A stretch of DNA of 64,000 bases from the human T2T-CHM13v2.0 reference genome, Homo sapiens: assembly GCF_009914755.1 (NCBI RefSeq), contig NC_060926.1; one strand, 5' to 3'. Both the position numbers and the translations under genes were made by a program. The notes beneath the pieces are model-generated. The model ran no database searches. It was given only the letters and a program-made list of their open reading frames with translations, and was not told where the DNA came from. Shown piece after piece: positions 62,520 through 64,000 of the stretch (the stretch's first letter is position 1; the number at the start of each line of letters is the position of its first letter).

Positions 62520-64000
62520 TTGAGTTCCAGCGTGGTGGTGTAAGCCTCTACAGGCCATCTCTCTTGCCAATTAAAACTAAAATTGCAAGACAAATAAAAA
62601 AAAAAAACAACACTACCAAAGGACTCTGAAAAGTTGGCAGGGGGGCAGGTAGATCATGGAGGGGAGTCAAAAATTGAACAAACAACCAATGTGGAGGTGA
62701 ACTTCCTTTTGTTTCTCCTCTTCTCTTGTGGCCTTGCCTCAAGGCTGAGCTGTGGTTGTAGAGCAGTGCAAAGACATCTGTGGCTAAAGTTCAAACAGAA
62801 ACCTATTGTTTATGGCTAAGTAAACCAGGAAAATGAGCTCCTGCAGGCCTAAGAGTAGGGGATAGAGGAGAGAACCATAGAAGGGGATCCACTAATTTGG
62901 CATATGAGCCCATACCAGTCTCAGCATAAGCCCTGAGCTATGGATGCTTGGACAAATACAAATATTTGAACTAAATGATTAAATATTAGAGTGTCTAACT
63001 GCTGAAGAGGACATGTGCAGGATACATGCAAACAAAGGTGACAAAGGCTTAGAGGACTGAAGCAGGATTTGAACCACCTGCACAACTTTCAGAATAACCT
63101 GTAAGTGTAAATGAACAAGATAGACATGAAGCAGCATAACAAAGCCTTAGAGAACTAAACTGAACTACCACAGAAGGCAAGGTAGAAATTACATTCTGAG
63201 CTTAATAATGTTGATTGCCTGCTAAAACAAAAACATAAACATCCTCCAGAGAATGATGACGTGATCCAGTCTATCCAATACAAAATTCACAATTTTCAAG
63301 ATACAATACAAAATTACTAAACATAAAGAAAAACTAGGAGATGTGAATAATTATCTAGGGAAAACGTAATCAACAAATGCCAACCTGAAGATAACCTAGA
63401 TGGTGGAATTATCAGATAGAAATTTTAAAACAGCTTTTATAACTATGCTCCATGAGGCAAGGAAAAACAAACTTGAATGAAAAGAGAGGTATTGTTAGCA
63501 AAGAAATAGAAACTATAAAAAGAATCAAATAAAAATTTCAGAGCTGAAAAATACAATCTCTGAAACAAACAATAAAACCACTGGATGGGCTCAATAGTAG
63601 GATAGACAAGACAGAGGAAAGAATAAGTGAAATTGAAGATAGATTAATAGAATTATCTAATAAGAACCAATCAAAACTAGATTAAAAAAATAAACAGAGC
63701 CTTGGGGATCTGTGAAAAAATATAAAAAGATATATGTGTAGTTGGAGTTCCAAAAGGAGAAGAAAAAGAGATTGTTGCAGTAAAGCTATTTGAAGAAATA
63801 ATGGCCAAAAATGTCCCAAGTTTGATGAAAGACACAAATTTACAAATTCAAGAAGCCTAGCAAACCCTAGACAAGATAAACTTAGAGAAAACCACACTTA
63901 GAAACTTCATAATAAAAGTACTCAAAACCAAAAACTAAAGAAAATATTTGAAACCAACCAGAAAAACAACACTTTACCCACAGAGGAACAATGATTTGAA
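62520..64000 (+). mobile_element. Old L1M 5'UTR/ORF1 region, runs off the window
   Basis: CACTGGATGGGCTCAATAGTAG and TTTGAAGAAATAATGGCCAAAA ORF1-like motifs with stops and frameshifts. Confidence 0.8.

Overview
Primate (very likely human) genomic DNA. My recollection of the gene order places it at 2p13 (FBXO41-EGR4, then intergenic toward ALMS1); this is inferred, not searched. The only complete protein-coding gene is EGR4 on the minus strand: two exons, CDS 22180-22315 joined to 20455-21779, 486 aa, three C2H2 zinc fingers, inside a CpG island, with a TATA/CRE/SRE immediate-early promoter and an ATTAAA poly(A) signal near 19950. A second CpG island at about 12.9-14.1 kb holds a non-coding minus-strand first exon (donor 13158|13157), most likely FBXO41, so 1-13157 would be its intron 1. 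The rest is repeat-rich: Alu, L1, L2, MaLR/THE1/MER41 LTRs, a 3'-truncated U6 retrocopy and microsatellites. Nearly all other ORFs in the track are repeat or GC-shadow artefacts. I found no convincing new multi-gene system. The best second-look signals are: an unused consensus 5' splice site in the EGR4 leader in phase with exon 2; an expanded-spacer REST/RE1 site in the EGR4 3'UTR; a palindromic pair of EGR consensus sites in the neighbouring promoter; two TSD-flanked micro-insertions of unknown origin inside L2 fossils; and twin doubly-deleted mini-Alus. Repeat boundaries and subfamily names were assigned by eye and are approximate.
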